Source: Gemmatimonadaceae bacterium (GTDB lineage: Bacteria > Gemmatimonadota > Gemmatimonadetes > Gemmatimonadales > Gemmatimonadaceae). From it: a DNA stretch of 20,316 nt. Under the pieces are notes generated by a model that worked only from the letters and a program-made list of their open reading frames with translations, had not been told where the DNA came from and ran no database searches. Shown here piece after piece: positions 7,922-17,061 of the stretch; position 1 is the first letter of the stretch, and each line of letters begins with the position of its first letter. A program made the position numbers and the translations under genes. The DNA lies in the NCBI GenBank assembly GCA_033763905.1, contig JANRJP010000114.1, positions 1-20,316 of the forward strand, written 5' to 3'.

Positions 7922-10900
7922 ATGCGTCGTCTTCGCCTGCTCGGTACCGCCATTGCCGCGGTCCTCGTTGCCTCCTGTTCGTCCGACCGCGTGACCGCAC
8001 CGGACGGCGCGCGATCCGCGCCGGCTGCGCCGCCGACCATTGGCACGAGCGATGCCGTCGGCGACGAGCAGGTCCGCTTCAGCGAGATCCACTACGACAA
8101 CGCCGGCACGGACGTCGGCGAAGCGATCGAGATCGCCGGCCCGGCGGGCTTCGATCTGACCGGTTGGCAACTCGTGTTGTACAACGGCACGGGCGGCGTC
8201 ACGTACGGTACCAGCGTACTCTCGGGAACGCTGCCCAATAGCTGCGATGGCCGCGGCGTGTTGACCATCACCTATCCGTCGAACGGCATCCAGAACGGGG
8301 CGCCGGACGGGATGGCACTGATCTCGGCCGACGGCACCGTGGTCGAGTTTCTCTCATATGAAGGCACCTTCGCCGCCACGAATGGGCCGGCGGTCGGACG
8401 GACTTCGGTAAGCATCGGCGTGTCCGAAGCCGGCACCGAGCCGATCGGGCAATCGTTGCAGCGACGCCCGGACGGTTCGTGGGCGCCGCCGGCGGCCTCG
8501 ACCTTCGGGATCTGCAACGACACGCCGACGAGCGCGCCGGTCGTTGCGGCGGTCGTGGTGTCGGCACCCGTGGATTCGCTTGCCGTCGACAGCGCCGCCG
8601 TCTTCACCGCCGCAGCGTTCGCCGCGGATCGCTCGTCGGTCACGACGACGTTCACGTGGAGCTCGTCGAACCCGGCGGTCGCGATCGTTTCGCCGGCGGG
8701 CACCGTGACCGGCGTGTCGGCTGGCACGGCCGACATCACCGCCACGGCGCCGAACGGCGTCGCGGGCAGCGCGACGATCGTGATCGTCGCGCCGGTGGGA
8801 CCGCCTCCGCCGCCGCCCCCTGCGGGGCCGGTGTTCCTGTCGGAACTGCACTACGACAACAGCGGCACCGACGCCGATGAAGCAGTCGAGATCGAGGGAC
8901 CGGCGGGCCTCAACGTGACCGGGTGGAGCATCGTGCTCTACAACGGCAACGGCGGTGTCGTGTACAACACGCGCACGCTCAGCGGTACGATTCCGTCGCA
9001 GTGTGACGGCCGCGGCACGATCGCGCTGACGTATCCGACGGATGGCATTCAGAATGGCGCGCCGGATGGCGTTGCGCTCGTCAACGCGAGCGGTACGGTG
9101 ATCGAGTTCCGGTCGTATGAGGGCGTGATGACCGCGACCGCGGGCCCGGCCGCCGGGCAGACCTCGGTCGACATCGGCGTGTCGCAGTCGAATGCGCCCA
9201 TCGGTCAGACGCTCGCCCGCAACACGGCCGGTGCCTGGACCACGGCGGCGCGCAGCATCGGCGACTGCAACGTCAACGCGGTGGTGCCGGGCAACGTCAT
9301 CACGTTCTCGGGTCGCAACGCCGGAGATCCGGCGCTACCGGTGGGGTTCGAAGACCAGTTGTTCGCGACCCTCCGCAATCCGATTACCGGCCCGATCACG
9401 ACGACCATCACGTGGACGTCCGAGACGCCGGCGATCGCGTCGATCGACAGCAACGGCGTCGTGCAGGCGCTGTCCGCGGGTACGGCGGTGCTGCGCGCCA
9501 CCTCGGCCGACGGAACGACGAATACGATCGCCCTTCCGACGCGGGTGGCGGAATCGAGTCCCGTCGCGCAGTACGCCAATCACACCGAGTTCGGCATTCC
9601 GGTCGATGCCACGCCGAGCGATGACTTCCTGGTGCGCTATCGGGAGTACACTGCCTCGTGGAGTGGTGTCCGCGGCACACCGAACTGGGTGGCGTACAAC
9701 CTCGAGGCCACGCACATCGGCAGCGAGGATCGCTGCGACTGCTTCACGTTCGACCCAGCGCTGACGTCGATCTCGCCGCGCTACACCACGGCGGACTATA
9801 CCGGCGTTGCCGCCATCAACGGCTTCGGCATCGATCGCGGCCATCTGGCGCGGTCGTTCGACCGCACGGCGGGTAGCCTCGACAACGCCCAGTCGTTCCG
9901 CTTCACGAACATCATTCCGCAGGCCTCCGACCAGAACCAGGGGCCGTGGGCAGCGCTCGAGGACTCGCTGGGCAAGCTGGCGCTCAACGCCAACCGCGAA
10001 GTCTTCATCGTCGCCGGTGTGGCCGGTGCCAACGGCACCGTGAAGAACGAAGGCAAGATCGTCATCCCGGCATTCACGTGGAAAGTCGCGCTGATTCTGC
10101 CCCGCGACCGCGGCCTTGCGGACGTGCAGTCGCTGAGTGACGTCGAGATCATCGCCGTCGTGATGCCGAACGTCCCGGGCATTCGCAATGTCCCGTGGAC
10201 CACCTACAAGACGACCGTCGACTCGGTCGAGACGCTGTCGGGATACGACCTGAACGCCCTGCTGCGCAACGACCTCGAGATCGCGCTCGAGAGCAACACC
10301 AAGCCGCCGGTCGCGGCCATCGACGGCCCCTACACCGGGGCCGAGGGGAGCGCGATCGCGATGAGCGGGCTGAGTTCCACCGACCCCGATGGGGATCTGC
10401 TCACCTACGCCTGGCAGTTCGGCGATGGCAGCACGGCCCTCGGCGCAACAGTGAGCCACACCTACACGCAGGATGGCACGTACACGGTGCGCCTGATCGT
10501 GACCGATCCGCGCGGCCTGGCCGACACCGTCGTGACCTCGGCGACGGTGGCGAACGTGGCGCCGACGCTCGAGCCCTTCCTCGGCGCGACGCTGTTCCGC
10601 GGCGAAACCTATGTCGGCACGATTCGCGCGTCGGACGTCGGTGCCGATGCGCTGACGCTGACGGTGTCGTACGGCGATGGTTCGCCGAGCGAGACCGCCA
10701 CGCTGGCGGGCGGTACCGCCTCACTTGAACACCGGTACCTCACGGCGGGTCGCTTCACCGTGATCGCCCAGGTGTCCGACGGCGCCGCGACGGTCGACGG
10801 CTCGGCCGTCGTTACGGTGCTGACTGAGGAAGACGGTATCCGGCTGCTGCAGTCGAAGGTCCAACTGCTCTTCGACACTAGTGCGATCAATCGCGGGACG

Positions 10901-11095
10901 TACCGCTCGCTGATGGCGAAGCTTGAGATTGCGTGGACCAAGGCGGATCGTGATCGCGATCGCCTGGCGGTCACCCTGCTGCGGGTGTTCCGCCTGGAAT
11001 TGGACCTCGCCGTCCGGGGCGGCCGGATGACGTCGGGCGACGCGGCGGAACTGCGTGCGATCACCGACCGTCTGTTGACGTCGCTGCGGCTCTGA
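7922..11095 (+). CDS. Lipoprotein DNA/RNA non-specific endonuclease (NucA/EndoG, His-Me finger) with 2 lamin-tail-like, 2 Ig-like (Big_2) and PKD domains, 1057 aa
   Basis: Lipobox VASC after MRRLRLLGTAIAAVL. Catalytic motifs PNWVAY, DRGHL (9833), NIIPQ, QNQGPW..LE and IPAFTWKV. LTD-like xSExHYDN repeats, Big_2-like TWSSSNPAVAIV / TWTSETPAIASID, and PKD YAWQFGDG...HTY. ATG 7886 is an alternative start. Confidence 0.9.
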   Translation: MRRLRLLGTAIAAVLVASCSSDRVTAPDGARSAPAAPPTIGTSDAVGDEQVRFSEIHYDNAGTDVGEAIEIAGPAGFDLTGWQLVLYNGTGGVTYGTSVLSGTLPNSCDGRGVLTITYPSNGIQNGAPDGMALISADGTVVEFLSYEGTFAATNGPAVGRTSVSIGVSEAGTEPIGQSLQRRPDGSWAPPAASTFGICNDTPTSAPVVAAVVVSAPVDSLAVDSAAVFTAAAFAADRSSVTTTFTWSSSNPAVAIVSPAGTVTGVSAGTADITATAPNGVAGSATIVIVAPVGPPPPPPPAGPVFLSELHYDNSGTDADEAVEIEGPAGLNVTGWSIVLYNGNGGVVYNTRTLSGTIPSQCDGRGTIALTYPTDGIQNGAPDGVALVNASGTVIEFRSYEGVMTATAGPAAGQTSVDIGVSQSNAPIGQTLARNTAGAWTTAARSIGDCNVNAVVPGNVITFSGRNAGDPALPVGFEDQLFATLRNPITGPITTTITWTSETPAIASIDSNGVVQALSAGTAVLRATSADGTTNTIALPTRVAESSPVAQYANHTEFGIPVDATPSDDFLVRYREYTASWSGVRGTPNWVAYNLEATHIGSEDRCDCFTFDPALTSISPRYTTADYTGVAAINGFGIDRGHLARSFDRTAGSLDNAQSFRFTNIIPQASDQNQGPWAALEDSLGKLALNANREVFIVAGVAGANGTVKNEGKIVIPAFTWKVALILPRDRGLADVQSLSDVEIIAVVMPNVPGIRNVPWTTYKTTVDSVETLSGYDLNALLRNDLEIALESNTKPPVAAIDGPYTGAEGSAIAMSGLSSTDPDGDLLTYAWQFGDGSTALGATVSHTYTQDGTYTVRLIVTDPRGLADTVVTSATVANVAPTLEPFLGATLFRGETYVGTIRASDVGADALTLTVSYGDGSPSETATLAGGTASLEHRYLTAGRFTVIAQVSDGAATVDGSAVVTVLTEEDGIRLLQSKVQLLFDTSAINRGTYRSLMAKLEIAWTKADRDRDRLAVTLLRVFRLELDLAVRGGRMTSGDAAELRAITDRLLTSLRL
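8069..9271 (+). repeat. Intragenic duplication of a lamin-tail-like domain (~8069-8518 and ~8828-9271)
   Basis: Both copies read SExHYDNxGTD..EAxEIxGPAG...TGWxxVLYNGxGGVxYxT..LSGTxP..CDGRG...xTYPxxGIQNGAPDGxAL...GTVxEFxSYEG...AT.GPA.GxTSV.IGVS...PIGQxL.R...GxCN. Confidence 0.85.
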
Positions 11096-11112
11096 GCCGA
11101 CGAATCGGTCTC

Positions 11113-11147
11113 ACGCCCCGCCGCATCCGGTTGATGCGGCGGGGCGT
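11113..11147. terminator. Perfect 15-bp inverted repeat between convergent genes, probable bidirectional terminator
   Basis: ACGCCCCGCCGCATC-cggtt-GATGCGGCGGGGCGT lies between the stops at 11095 (+) and 11153 (-). Confidence 0.7.
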
Positions 11148-11152
11148 CGTCG

Positions 11153-11860
11153 TCAGGTCCCGCCGTACCATTCGTAGCCGCGGTCGCTCCAGTAGCCACC
11201 GTTGCGCTGCGGCTGAAACACGATGCGCGTCAGGTACTTCGTGTTCTTGTACCCGAGCTTCACCGGCGAGTGCACACGCGCCGGCGCGCCCCAGCCCGGC
11301 GGCAACATCGCACCGTCCTTCGCGTACGCGATGATGGTCTGGCGGTGCAACGCGCTGTCGATGTCCCAGCTCTCGTGGTAGCCGTCGTCGAACGACTGGA
11401 AGTCCACCACCTGCGCATCGCTCGTCAGCTGGGCAAGTCGCGCGAGTTCGCTCACGCGGACGCCCCACCACTCGGCGCGCGCGTTCCAGCCTTCGACACA
11501 GAAGTGGTCGACTTTCTGGCGAACGGCCGGAAGGCCCATCAGTTCCGACAGGGTGAGTGACAACGGCCGTCGCACGGCGCCGGTCACTTCGAGTCGCCAC
11601 TCGCCGCGCACGGCGGGATCCCAGATTGGCACGCTGCGCGAGATGAAGTACTGCGGAAACTGCATTCCGCTGACGATCGCATCCATCGGGACCCGATCCT
11701 CAGCGCGGTGGCGGAAGAGCGCGGTCTCGACCTTCTCGGTCTGGCGGCCGGCGAATGCCAGTAGGCCACGGGCGCCCTTGGGATTGGCGTTGCAGGCCGC
11801 CAGCGCCCCACCAGCGAGCGTCGCCGCCGTGATCGAGAGAAACTGTCGACGGGGAATCAC
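11153..11860 (-). CDS. Tat-exported molybdopterin-dependent oxidoreductase, sulfite oxidase family (MsrP/YedY-like), 235 aa
   Basis: Twin-arginine PRRQFL followed by lipobox-like LAAC. Mo-ligand motif HFCVEGW, plus WRLEVTGAV, GAPARVHSPVKLGYKNTKYL and GGYWSDRGYEWY. The GTG start overlaps the upstream stop (GTGA). Confidence 0.88.
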   Translation of the reverse strand: MIPRRQFLSITAATLAGGALAACNANPKGARGLLAFAGRQTEKVETALFRHRAEDRVPMDAIVSGMQFPQYFISRSVPIWDPAVRGEWRLEVTGAVRRPLSLTLSELMGLPAVRQKVDHFCVEGWNARAEWWGVRVSELARLAQLTSDAQVVDFQSFDDGYHESWDIDSALHRQTIIAYAKDGAMLPPGWGAPARVHSPVKLGYKNTKYLTRIVFQPQRNGGYWSDRGYEWYGGT

Positions 11861-12612
11861 GAGACGGGCTTCCGGCGCCAGAGGTTGAGGAACGGTCGCG
11901 CATTACGCGCTTCGGGAGACGTCGCGGGGTTGTACCAGCCGCTGAGCATCGACCGCAGGCTGTACGGGTCGACCGAGAAGACCATCACCACGTGCCCGAC
12001 CGCGAGCAGGATCAGCACGCACATCGCGGCAAAGTGCACGAAGCGCGCGATCTGGTAGTTGCCGAAGAGCGCGGTGATGAAGCCAAGCGTCACCGGCTTC
12101 CAGATCGCCAAGCCGCTGAGCACGATCACGGCCGCCAGCACCGGCATCGACGCATACGCCGTCTTCTGCAAGGCGTTGTGCTTGCCCTGCACCGGGTGAT
12201 CGCGTCGCACGAACGCGTAGTACTTGAGCATTTCCCAGGCATCGCGCATGTCGCCGCGTCGCGGCGCGAGGTGCCGCCACTCGCCTCGGAAGAACAGATA
12301 CCCGAGGTAGAGGAGGCCGTTGGCGACGAGCAGCCACATCGCGGCAAAGTGCCAATGCCGCGCACCGCCAAGCCAGCGACCGAACGTCAGCCATGCGGGG
12401 ATCGGCGTACTCCCGAAGGGCCAGAGCGCAAACACTTCCCCGGGGCGCGCAAACTGCGGATAGGCATTGAAGATCCGCAGGCCACTGCCGACCATGATCA
12501 CGAACACGACCACGTTTACCCAGTGCGTGAGACGCACGATGCCGTGATGGCGCTTGACCAGCGCCGGCTCGGGCTCGGCGGTGCTCACAGGGGGTTCGAG
12601 TGCGTCACTCAC
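11857..12612 (-). CDS. Membrane cytochrome b (Ni/Fe-hydrogenase/formate dehydrogenase cytochrome b-like), 251 aa
   Basis: Four hydrophobic segments with heme-ligand-like His in RLTHWVN, RHWHFAAMW, RFVHF and VGHV. The motif QGKHNALQKTAY matches the family GKYNxxQ pattern. Confidence 0.85.
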   Translation of the reverse strand: MSDALEPPVSTAEPEPALVKRHHGIVRLTHWVNVVVFVIMVGSGLRIFNAYPQFARPGEVFALWPFGSTPIPAWLTFGRWLGGARHWHFAAMWLLVANGLLYLGYLFFRGEWRHLAPRRGDMRDAWEMLKYYAFVRRDHPVQGKHNALQKTAYASMPVLAAVIVLSGLAIWKPVTLGFITALFGNYQIARFVHFAAMCVLILLAVGHVVMVFSVDPYSLRSMLSGWYNPATSPEARNARPFLNLWRRKPVS

Positions 12613-12847
12613 CGGCAGATACCGTCGCGAGGCTGAGCGCTACCCGCTCCTCGAGTGTCGTCAACGATCCAGTCGGCGCCTCAGCGCCTCGGAGCACCGA
12701 GAGGAACTCCGCCGCGTGGTCGAAATGCGATCGACATTCTGCACAGCCGCCGAGATGAGCGGCGACCGCAGACTGCTGATCGGCCAGCAGTGCGTCATCG
12801 TGAAATGCCCAGAGGCGGGCGACGGTCTCGCGGCAGGTCAGCGTCAT
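12605..12847 (-). CDS. Soluble zinc-binding (zf-HC2/ZAS) anti-sigma factor, RsrA/RshA-like, 80 aa
   Basis: C5-x25-H31-x3-C35-x2-C38, no transmembrane segment, and an ATGA overlap with the sigma stop codon. Confidence 0.85.
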   Translation of the reverse strand: MTLTCRETVARLWAFHDDALLADQQSAVAAHLGGCAECRSHFDHAAEFLSVLRGAEAPTGSLTTLEERVALSLATVSAGE

Positions 12848-13443
12848 TGGGTCGCGGGAGTGGACGTGGAGTTGCCGTAGCCGAGGTCGGCCGCAACGTC
12901 GATCAGGGCGAGCTGGAGTCGATGGCGCGCCCGATACAGCCGGGACCGCACCGTCCCGACCGGAAGGCCCAGCAGCTCAGCCGCCTCGTCGTAGGCGTAG
13001 CCCTCGAGATCCACCAGCAGGACCACGGCACGGAACGGCGGGTCCAGTGCCGCGAGCGCGCTATGCACCGCCTCGCGGACCTGCTGCCGAGAAAAGAGGT
13101 CTTCGACATTCATTCGCTGCGCGGTGCGATGCGCATCCACCGCGAGCATCCCGTCGACCTCTGGGTCGTCGAGCGACACCGTCGCGCCGTCGCGGCTGGC
13201 GTGTCGCTTGCCGAGGGCGCGGTACGTGTTGCGGCAAATGGTCGCCAGCCACCGGCGGACGTCTTCGCCCTGTCGAAAGGTGTGCCACCCGCGAAACGCG
13301 CGCAGACAGGTCTCCTGCACGAGATCGTCGGCTTCCGTCTCATCGTGTGTCAACGCGACGGCCACGCGACGTACCGACGGCAGGACCGGCAGCACGATGG
13401 CGGCGAACGCGTCGTGCGCCGCGCTTACGGGCGGCGACGACAC
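12844..13443 (-). CDS. ECF sigma-70 factor, SigR/SigH-like, 199 aa
   Basis: Region 2 reads EADDLVQETCLRAF...WLATICRN. Region 4 reads LDPPFRAVVLLVDLEGYAYDEAAELLGLPVGTVRSRLYRAR. It sits directly upstream of a ZAS gene. Confidence 0.93.
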   Translation of the reverse strand: MSSPPVSAAHDAFAAIVLPVLPSVRRVAVALTHDETEADDLVQETCLRAFRGWHTFRQGEDVRRWLATICRNTYRALGKRHASRDGATVSLDDPEVDGMLAVDAHRTAQRMNVEDLFSRQQVREAVHSALAALDPPFRAVVLLVDLEGYAYDEAAELLGLPVGTVRSRLYRARHRLQLALIDVAADLGYGNSTSTPATQ

Positions 13444-13484
13444 GGGCTGGTCGGCGAGGTGGAGGATCGAGCCATCGCCGACCA

Positions 13485-13511
13485 GTAGAAGTCGGACGCG
13501 GGATTAGTTCC
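13485..13511 (-). promoter_or_regulatory. Candidate autoregulatory ECF promoter of the sigma operon
   Basis: The minus strand reads GGAAC-N18-CTAC, ~40 nt upstream of the GTG. GGAAC is a common ECF -35 element. Confidence 0.55.
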
Positions 13512-13516
13512 CGCGC

Positions 13517-14119
13517 TCAGCGAGCGGCCCGCACCGCCGCGAGAATAGCCGGGTTCGTCGGCCGGACCTTGTAGTCGGTATCGACCTGACGCCAGCGCAC
13601 GATGCCTTGCTTGTCGATCACGAATGTCGCAGGGTGCGGCACCGGACGCCGACCGCCGGCGGGATTGCGCAGGCCGTAGCGGTCGATGACGGTCAGCGCG
13701 GGATCGAAGAGAAACGTGAAGTCCGGCGGTCCCTCGCCCGGCGCGATCTTGTTGATCGTCAGCAACGCCTCGTCGTTGCCTTCGGGGGCCACCACCAGCA
13801 ACTCGGTGTCTTTGCGCAACTCGGGATCCAGCAGCGTCTTGAGCGCCTTGAGCTGCTGCATGCACCACGGACACCAGTGACCGCGGTAGAACACGAGCAC
13901 GACGTGCTGCTTGCCACGGTACGACGACAGGGTGCGGCTGCCGCCACCGAACGCCGACAGGGTGAAGTCCGGGGCGAGCGCGCCGACCTGCACACGGGAG
14001 ATCTCGGTCGCCGACAGCGCCGCGCTGTTCGCGGCGTCCGCAGATTGTGCGGTCCCCGGCCGTGGACCCAGCAGGGCGAGCGCTGCCAGCACAGGGAAGA
14101 CCGCGCGGCGGACGGGCAT
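13517..14119 (-). CDS. Exported peroxiredoxin-like/redoxin protein (AhpC/TSA fold), ~200 aa
   Basis: Motifs VGALAPDFTL, VVLVFYRGHWCPWC, PHPATFVIDKQGIVRW and DYKVRP. N-terminal signal peptide MPVRRAVFPVLAALALLG...TA-Q. ATG 14134 is an alternative start. Confidence 0.88.
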   Translation of the reverse strand: MPVRRAVFPVLAALALLGPRPGTAQSADAANSAALSATEISRVQVGALAPDFTLSAFGGGSRTLSSYRGKQHVVLVFYRGHWCPWCMQQLKALKTLLDPELRKDTELLVVAPEGNDEALLTINKIAPGEGPPDFTFLFDPALTVIDRYGLRNPAGGRRPVPHPATFVIDKQGIVRWRQVDTDYKVRPTNPAILAAVRAAR

Positions 14120-14196
14120 TGAATGGAAAGACATACACGAGACCGGTGGAGGAAGGCGCTGGCGAGCGATACCGCCCGCACGTCGCACCCCAAGCG

Positions 14197-14223
14197 CTAG
14201 TCGAGCGCCACCGGAATCGTTCC
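14197..14223 (-). promoter_or_regulatory. Candidate ECF promoter of the peroxiredoxin-like gene
   Basis: The minus strand reads GGAAC-N18-CTAG, with the same spacing as the site upstream of the sigma gene. Confidence 0.45.
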
Positions 14224-14226
14224 CCG

Positions 14227-16515
14227 CTACAGGAGTTCCTCCACCGCGGCAAGCAGTTCTCTGGTGGTGAACGGCTTCTGCAGCAGTCGGCGCGGTGCCA
14301 CGTTGCCGCCAATGTCCTGCAACGTGGTGTCCCCGAGATGGCCGGACATCAGGATGCACGGCAGCTGCGGGCGGGCGGTCGACAGCCATCGCGCCAGGTC
14401 GACACCGCTCCCGCCCGGGAGCGTCAAGTCGGTGATCACCAGATGGATCGGCACCTCGCCATCGGCCACCACCCGCGTCGCCAGGTCGGTCGCGGCTGCA
14501 ACGCGTGTGACGAACGATTCGCGCTGCAATGCCCGCTCAATCAGCTCGGCGATCTGCGGGACGTCCTCGACGATGAGCACGGTGCGAGTCGACGCTGGCG
14601 TGACGCGCGGTGGTGGCGACGAGCGCCGCGACTCGGCGACCGCGCCCGCGCGGCTGGCCGTGCTCGATCCCACAATGGGCAGCGTGACGGTAAAGCGAGC
14701 GCCGCCGCCGGGCGCGTCGTCCACCACAATCGTGCCCTCGTGCGCGGCGACCACGCCGTGGACCACCGCGAGCCCCATCCCCGTCCCTTCGCCCGCCGGC
14801 TTGGTGGTGAAGAACGGCTCGAACATCCGCGCGCGCACCGACGGAGGGACGCCCGGGCCATTGTCGCTCACAATGAGCCGAACGAACGTCGCGTCGACCG
14901 CGTCGACCGCGATCTGAATCCGACCGTTCGGCTGATCGCGGAGCTCGTGCACAGCATTCGCGACCAAGTTCACCAGAATCTGCTGGAGGGCGGCGGCTTC
15001 GCCGCGCACCACCATTGGACGCTGGGGCAACTGAACGTCGAGCCCGATGGTCGACGGGGTGAAGGCTCGGAGCAATCGCCCGCTCTCCCGCGCCAGCTCG
15101 ACGATGTCCAACTCCACATAGACGTGCTCGGAGCGTCGGCTGAACAGCAGAATCTGCCGGACCAACTCTTGGGCTCGCACGCTGGTGGTCCGAATCGACG
15201 ACAGCGCCGAGGCCATGAACTCGGGCGTTGCGTCCGGTTCGCTCGCTTCCTCCGCGAGCCCCAGGATGACGGTGAGCAGATTGTTGAAGTCGTGCGCAAT
15301 GCCGCCCGCCAGCGTCCCGAGGGACTCGAGCTTGTCGCGCTGCGCCTGCTGATCGGCCAAGGCCGCTCGCGCGGTTTCGTCTTCTACCACACCGACCACA
15401 CCGAACGCACGCGCATCCCCGGGCGCGTGGTCGAAGCGGAACTTCAGCATCTGCGGCGGTGTCGCGGCCACGCGGCGCACCACCAGCGCGGGCGGGGCAT
15501 CCTCACCGGCCAGGACGCGCCGCATTGCCGTGGCGTCTTCCGGGGCCAACTGGTCGAGCCAGTTCGTGTACTGCGTGCGCGAATCGCGGAAGATCTCGCG
15601 GAATGCCGAATTCGCAAAGCGAAGCTCGCCGTCGGGGCCAGCCAGGAACAAGCCCGTGGGCAGCGACTCGGCAATCCATCGGAACTGCGACTCGCGTTCA
15701 GCCAACTGCAGTTCCGCGCGCCGGCGCGCGGTGGCGTCAAAGCCGACGACGGTGCAACCCTGGATCGTGCCGGCACGGTCGCGCATCGGCGAGAAATGCA
15801 GCTCCCGCCAACCGCTGGCGTCGCCTTCGTTGACCTCACGGACCACCGAAAACGTCTCGCCGGCGAGCGCACGGGTGTACCACTCGCGGTATCGCGCCAG
15901 CATACTGGGCGGATACAGTGCGGGACTGAGCATGCGGTCGCCGATCGCGAGCCACTGCCCAGACACGGTGGATTGGATGCGCTGCAGGGCCTCGTTCGCG
16001 CTCAAGAGCCGATGCTCCCGATCGATCGCCCACATGAAGACGGGCGCCCCACTCAGCATCGCCACGTAGCGCGCACGTTCGCGCAGGAGCTCGCGGATGA
16101 GCGGGCGGTAGTCCCCCTCGACCACCGTTGGTGGCACGGCGTCATCGATCGGCGGCGTACCGCCGGGCGTGACGGTCGTTGGCGCCAACTCCACCACATA
16201 GCCCATCCAGCCGCCCTCGCGTCCCGCGTCGAACGCGCAGAGCAGCAGCACCGCAACCCGGCTGCCGTCCTTCCGGATGAACTCCTTCTCGTACGGCGCG
16301 GTAAATCGGCCGGTGTCTGCCGCTTGCCGCATCCCCGCCTGATCGACGGCAATCCACTCGTCGGGCGTCAGCGCTGGCCAGTAGAACGCGCCGTTCGTGA
16401 GATCGGCGCGCTCGTACCCGATGATCGAGAGAAAGGCGTCGTCCGCCTCGGTGATCTCGTGGAACACCCCGCGCATCACACCGATGCGAGGCGACGGCAG
16501 CTGGAGATTGTTCAT
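14227..16515 (-). CDS. Cytoplasmic multi-PAS hybrid sensor histidine kinase/receiver (CckA-like), ~762 aa
   Basis: PAS-like segments (YEKEFIRKDGSRV; MWAIDREHRLLSAN; LFLAGPDGELRFAN). H-box GIAHDFNNLL, N-box QILVNLVANA, DNGPG, FEPFFTTK and GTGMGL. Receiver LIVED...TDLTLPG...KPF. Start uncertain (ATG 16515 or TTG 16575). Confidence 0.92.
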   Translation of the reverse strand: MNNLQLPSPRIGVMRGVFHEITEADDAFLSIIGYERADLTNGAFYWPALTPDEWIAVDQAGMRQAADTGRFTAPYEKEFIRKDGSRVAVLLLCAFDAGREGGWMGYVVELAPTTVTPGGTPPIDDAVPPTVVEGDYRPLIRELLRERARYVAMLSGAPVFMWAIDREHRLLSANEALQRIQSTVSGQWLAIGDRMLSPALYPPSMLARYREWYTRALAGETFSVVREVNEGDASGWRELHFSPMRDRAGTIQGCTVVGFDATARRRAELQLAERESQFRWIAESLPTGLFLAGPDGELRFANSAFREIFRDSRTQYTNWLDQLAPEDATAMRRVLAGEDAPPALVVRRVAATPPQMLKFRFDHAPGDARAFGVVGVVEDETARAALADQQAQRDKLESLGTLAGGIAHDFNNLLTVILGLAEEASEPDATPEFMASALSSIRTTSVRAQELVRQILLFSRRSEHVYVELDIVELARESGRLLRAFTPSTIGLDVQLPQRPMVVRGEAAALQQILVNLVANAVHELRDQPNGRIQIAVDAVDATFVRLIVSDNGPGVPPSVRARMFEPFFTTKPAGEGTGMGLAVVHGVVAAHEGTIVVDDAPGGGARFTVTLPIVGSSTASRAGAVAESRRSSPPPRVTPASTRTVLIVEDVPQIAELIERALQRESFVTRVAAATDLATRVVADGEVPIHLVITDLTLPGGSGVDLARWLSTARPQLPCILMSGHLGDTTLQDIGGNVAPRRLLQKPFTTRELLAAVEELL

Positions 16516-16611
16516 CGGCGTTGGTTCACGGTGGCCGATGACCGCGAGGAACATCGCGGCGACGGTGCGCACCAAGCAATGATGCGCCCCAACATCCGCT
16601 CGCGCGAGATG

Positions 16612-17061
16612 CTACACGCGGAACAGGGCCATAAATTCACCATAACCGGCGGCCTCGAGCTCAGCCAGCGGAATGAACTTCAGCGAGGCCGAGTTGATGC
16701 AGTAGCGCATTCCCCCAGCGCTGCGTGGCCCGTCGGGGAAGACGTGGCCCAGATGCGAGTCGCCGTGCATCGAGCGCACCTCGACACGGCGCATCCCGTG
16801 CGAAACGTCCAGATGCTCGGTGACGTGCTCCCGCTTCACCGGCTGCGTGAAAGAGGGCCATCCGGTGCCGGAATCGAACTTGTGCACGCTCGCGAAGAGC
16901 GGCTCCCCAGACACGATATCGACATACAGGCCCGGCTCTTTGTGATTCCAGTACTTGTTCCGGAACGGAGGCTCGGTGCCGCATTGCTGCGTGACCGCGT
17001 ACTCCTCGGGGGTCAACGTCTGCTTGATGACGTCGTCGTCGGGGCGCTTGTAGGTGGTCAT
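16612..17061 (-). CDS. msrB: Peptide-methionine (R)-S-oxide reductase MsrB, 149 aa
   Basis: Motifs [28 protein letters not shown] and RYCINSASL. Start taken at ATG 17061 (MTTYKRP). Confidence 0.96.
   Translation of the reverse strand: MTTYKRPDDDVIKQTLTPEEYAVTQQCGTEPPFRNKYWNHKEPGLYVDIVSGEPLFASVHKFDSGTGWPSFTQPVKREHVTEHLDVSHGMRRVEVRSMHGDSHLGHVFPDGPRSAGGMRYCINSASLKFIPLAELEAAGYGEFMALFRV

Noticed and set aside
5842..8046. 734-aa - strand ORF
   Set aside because: In-register antisense shadow of the DUF885-like gene, with no recognisable motifs.
14135..14389. N-terminal extension of the peroxiredoxin-like ORF
   Set aside because: It overlaps the kinase 3' end. The signal peptide begins at 14119/14134.
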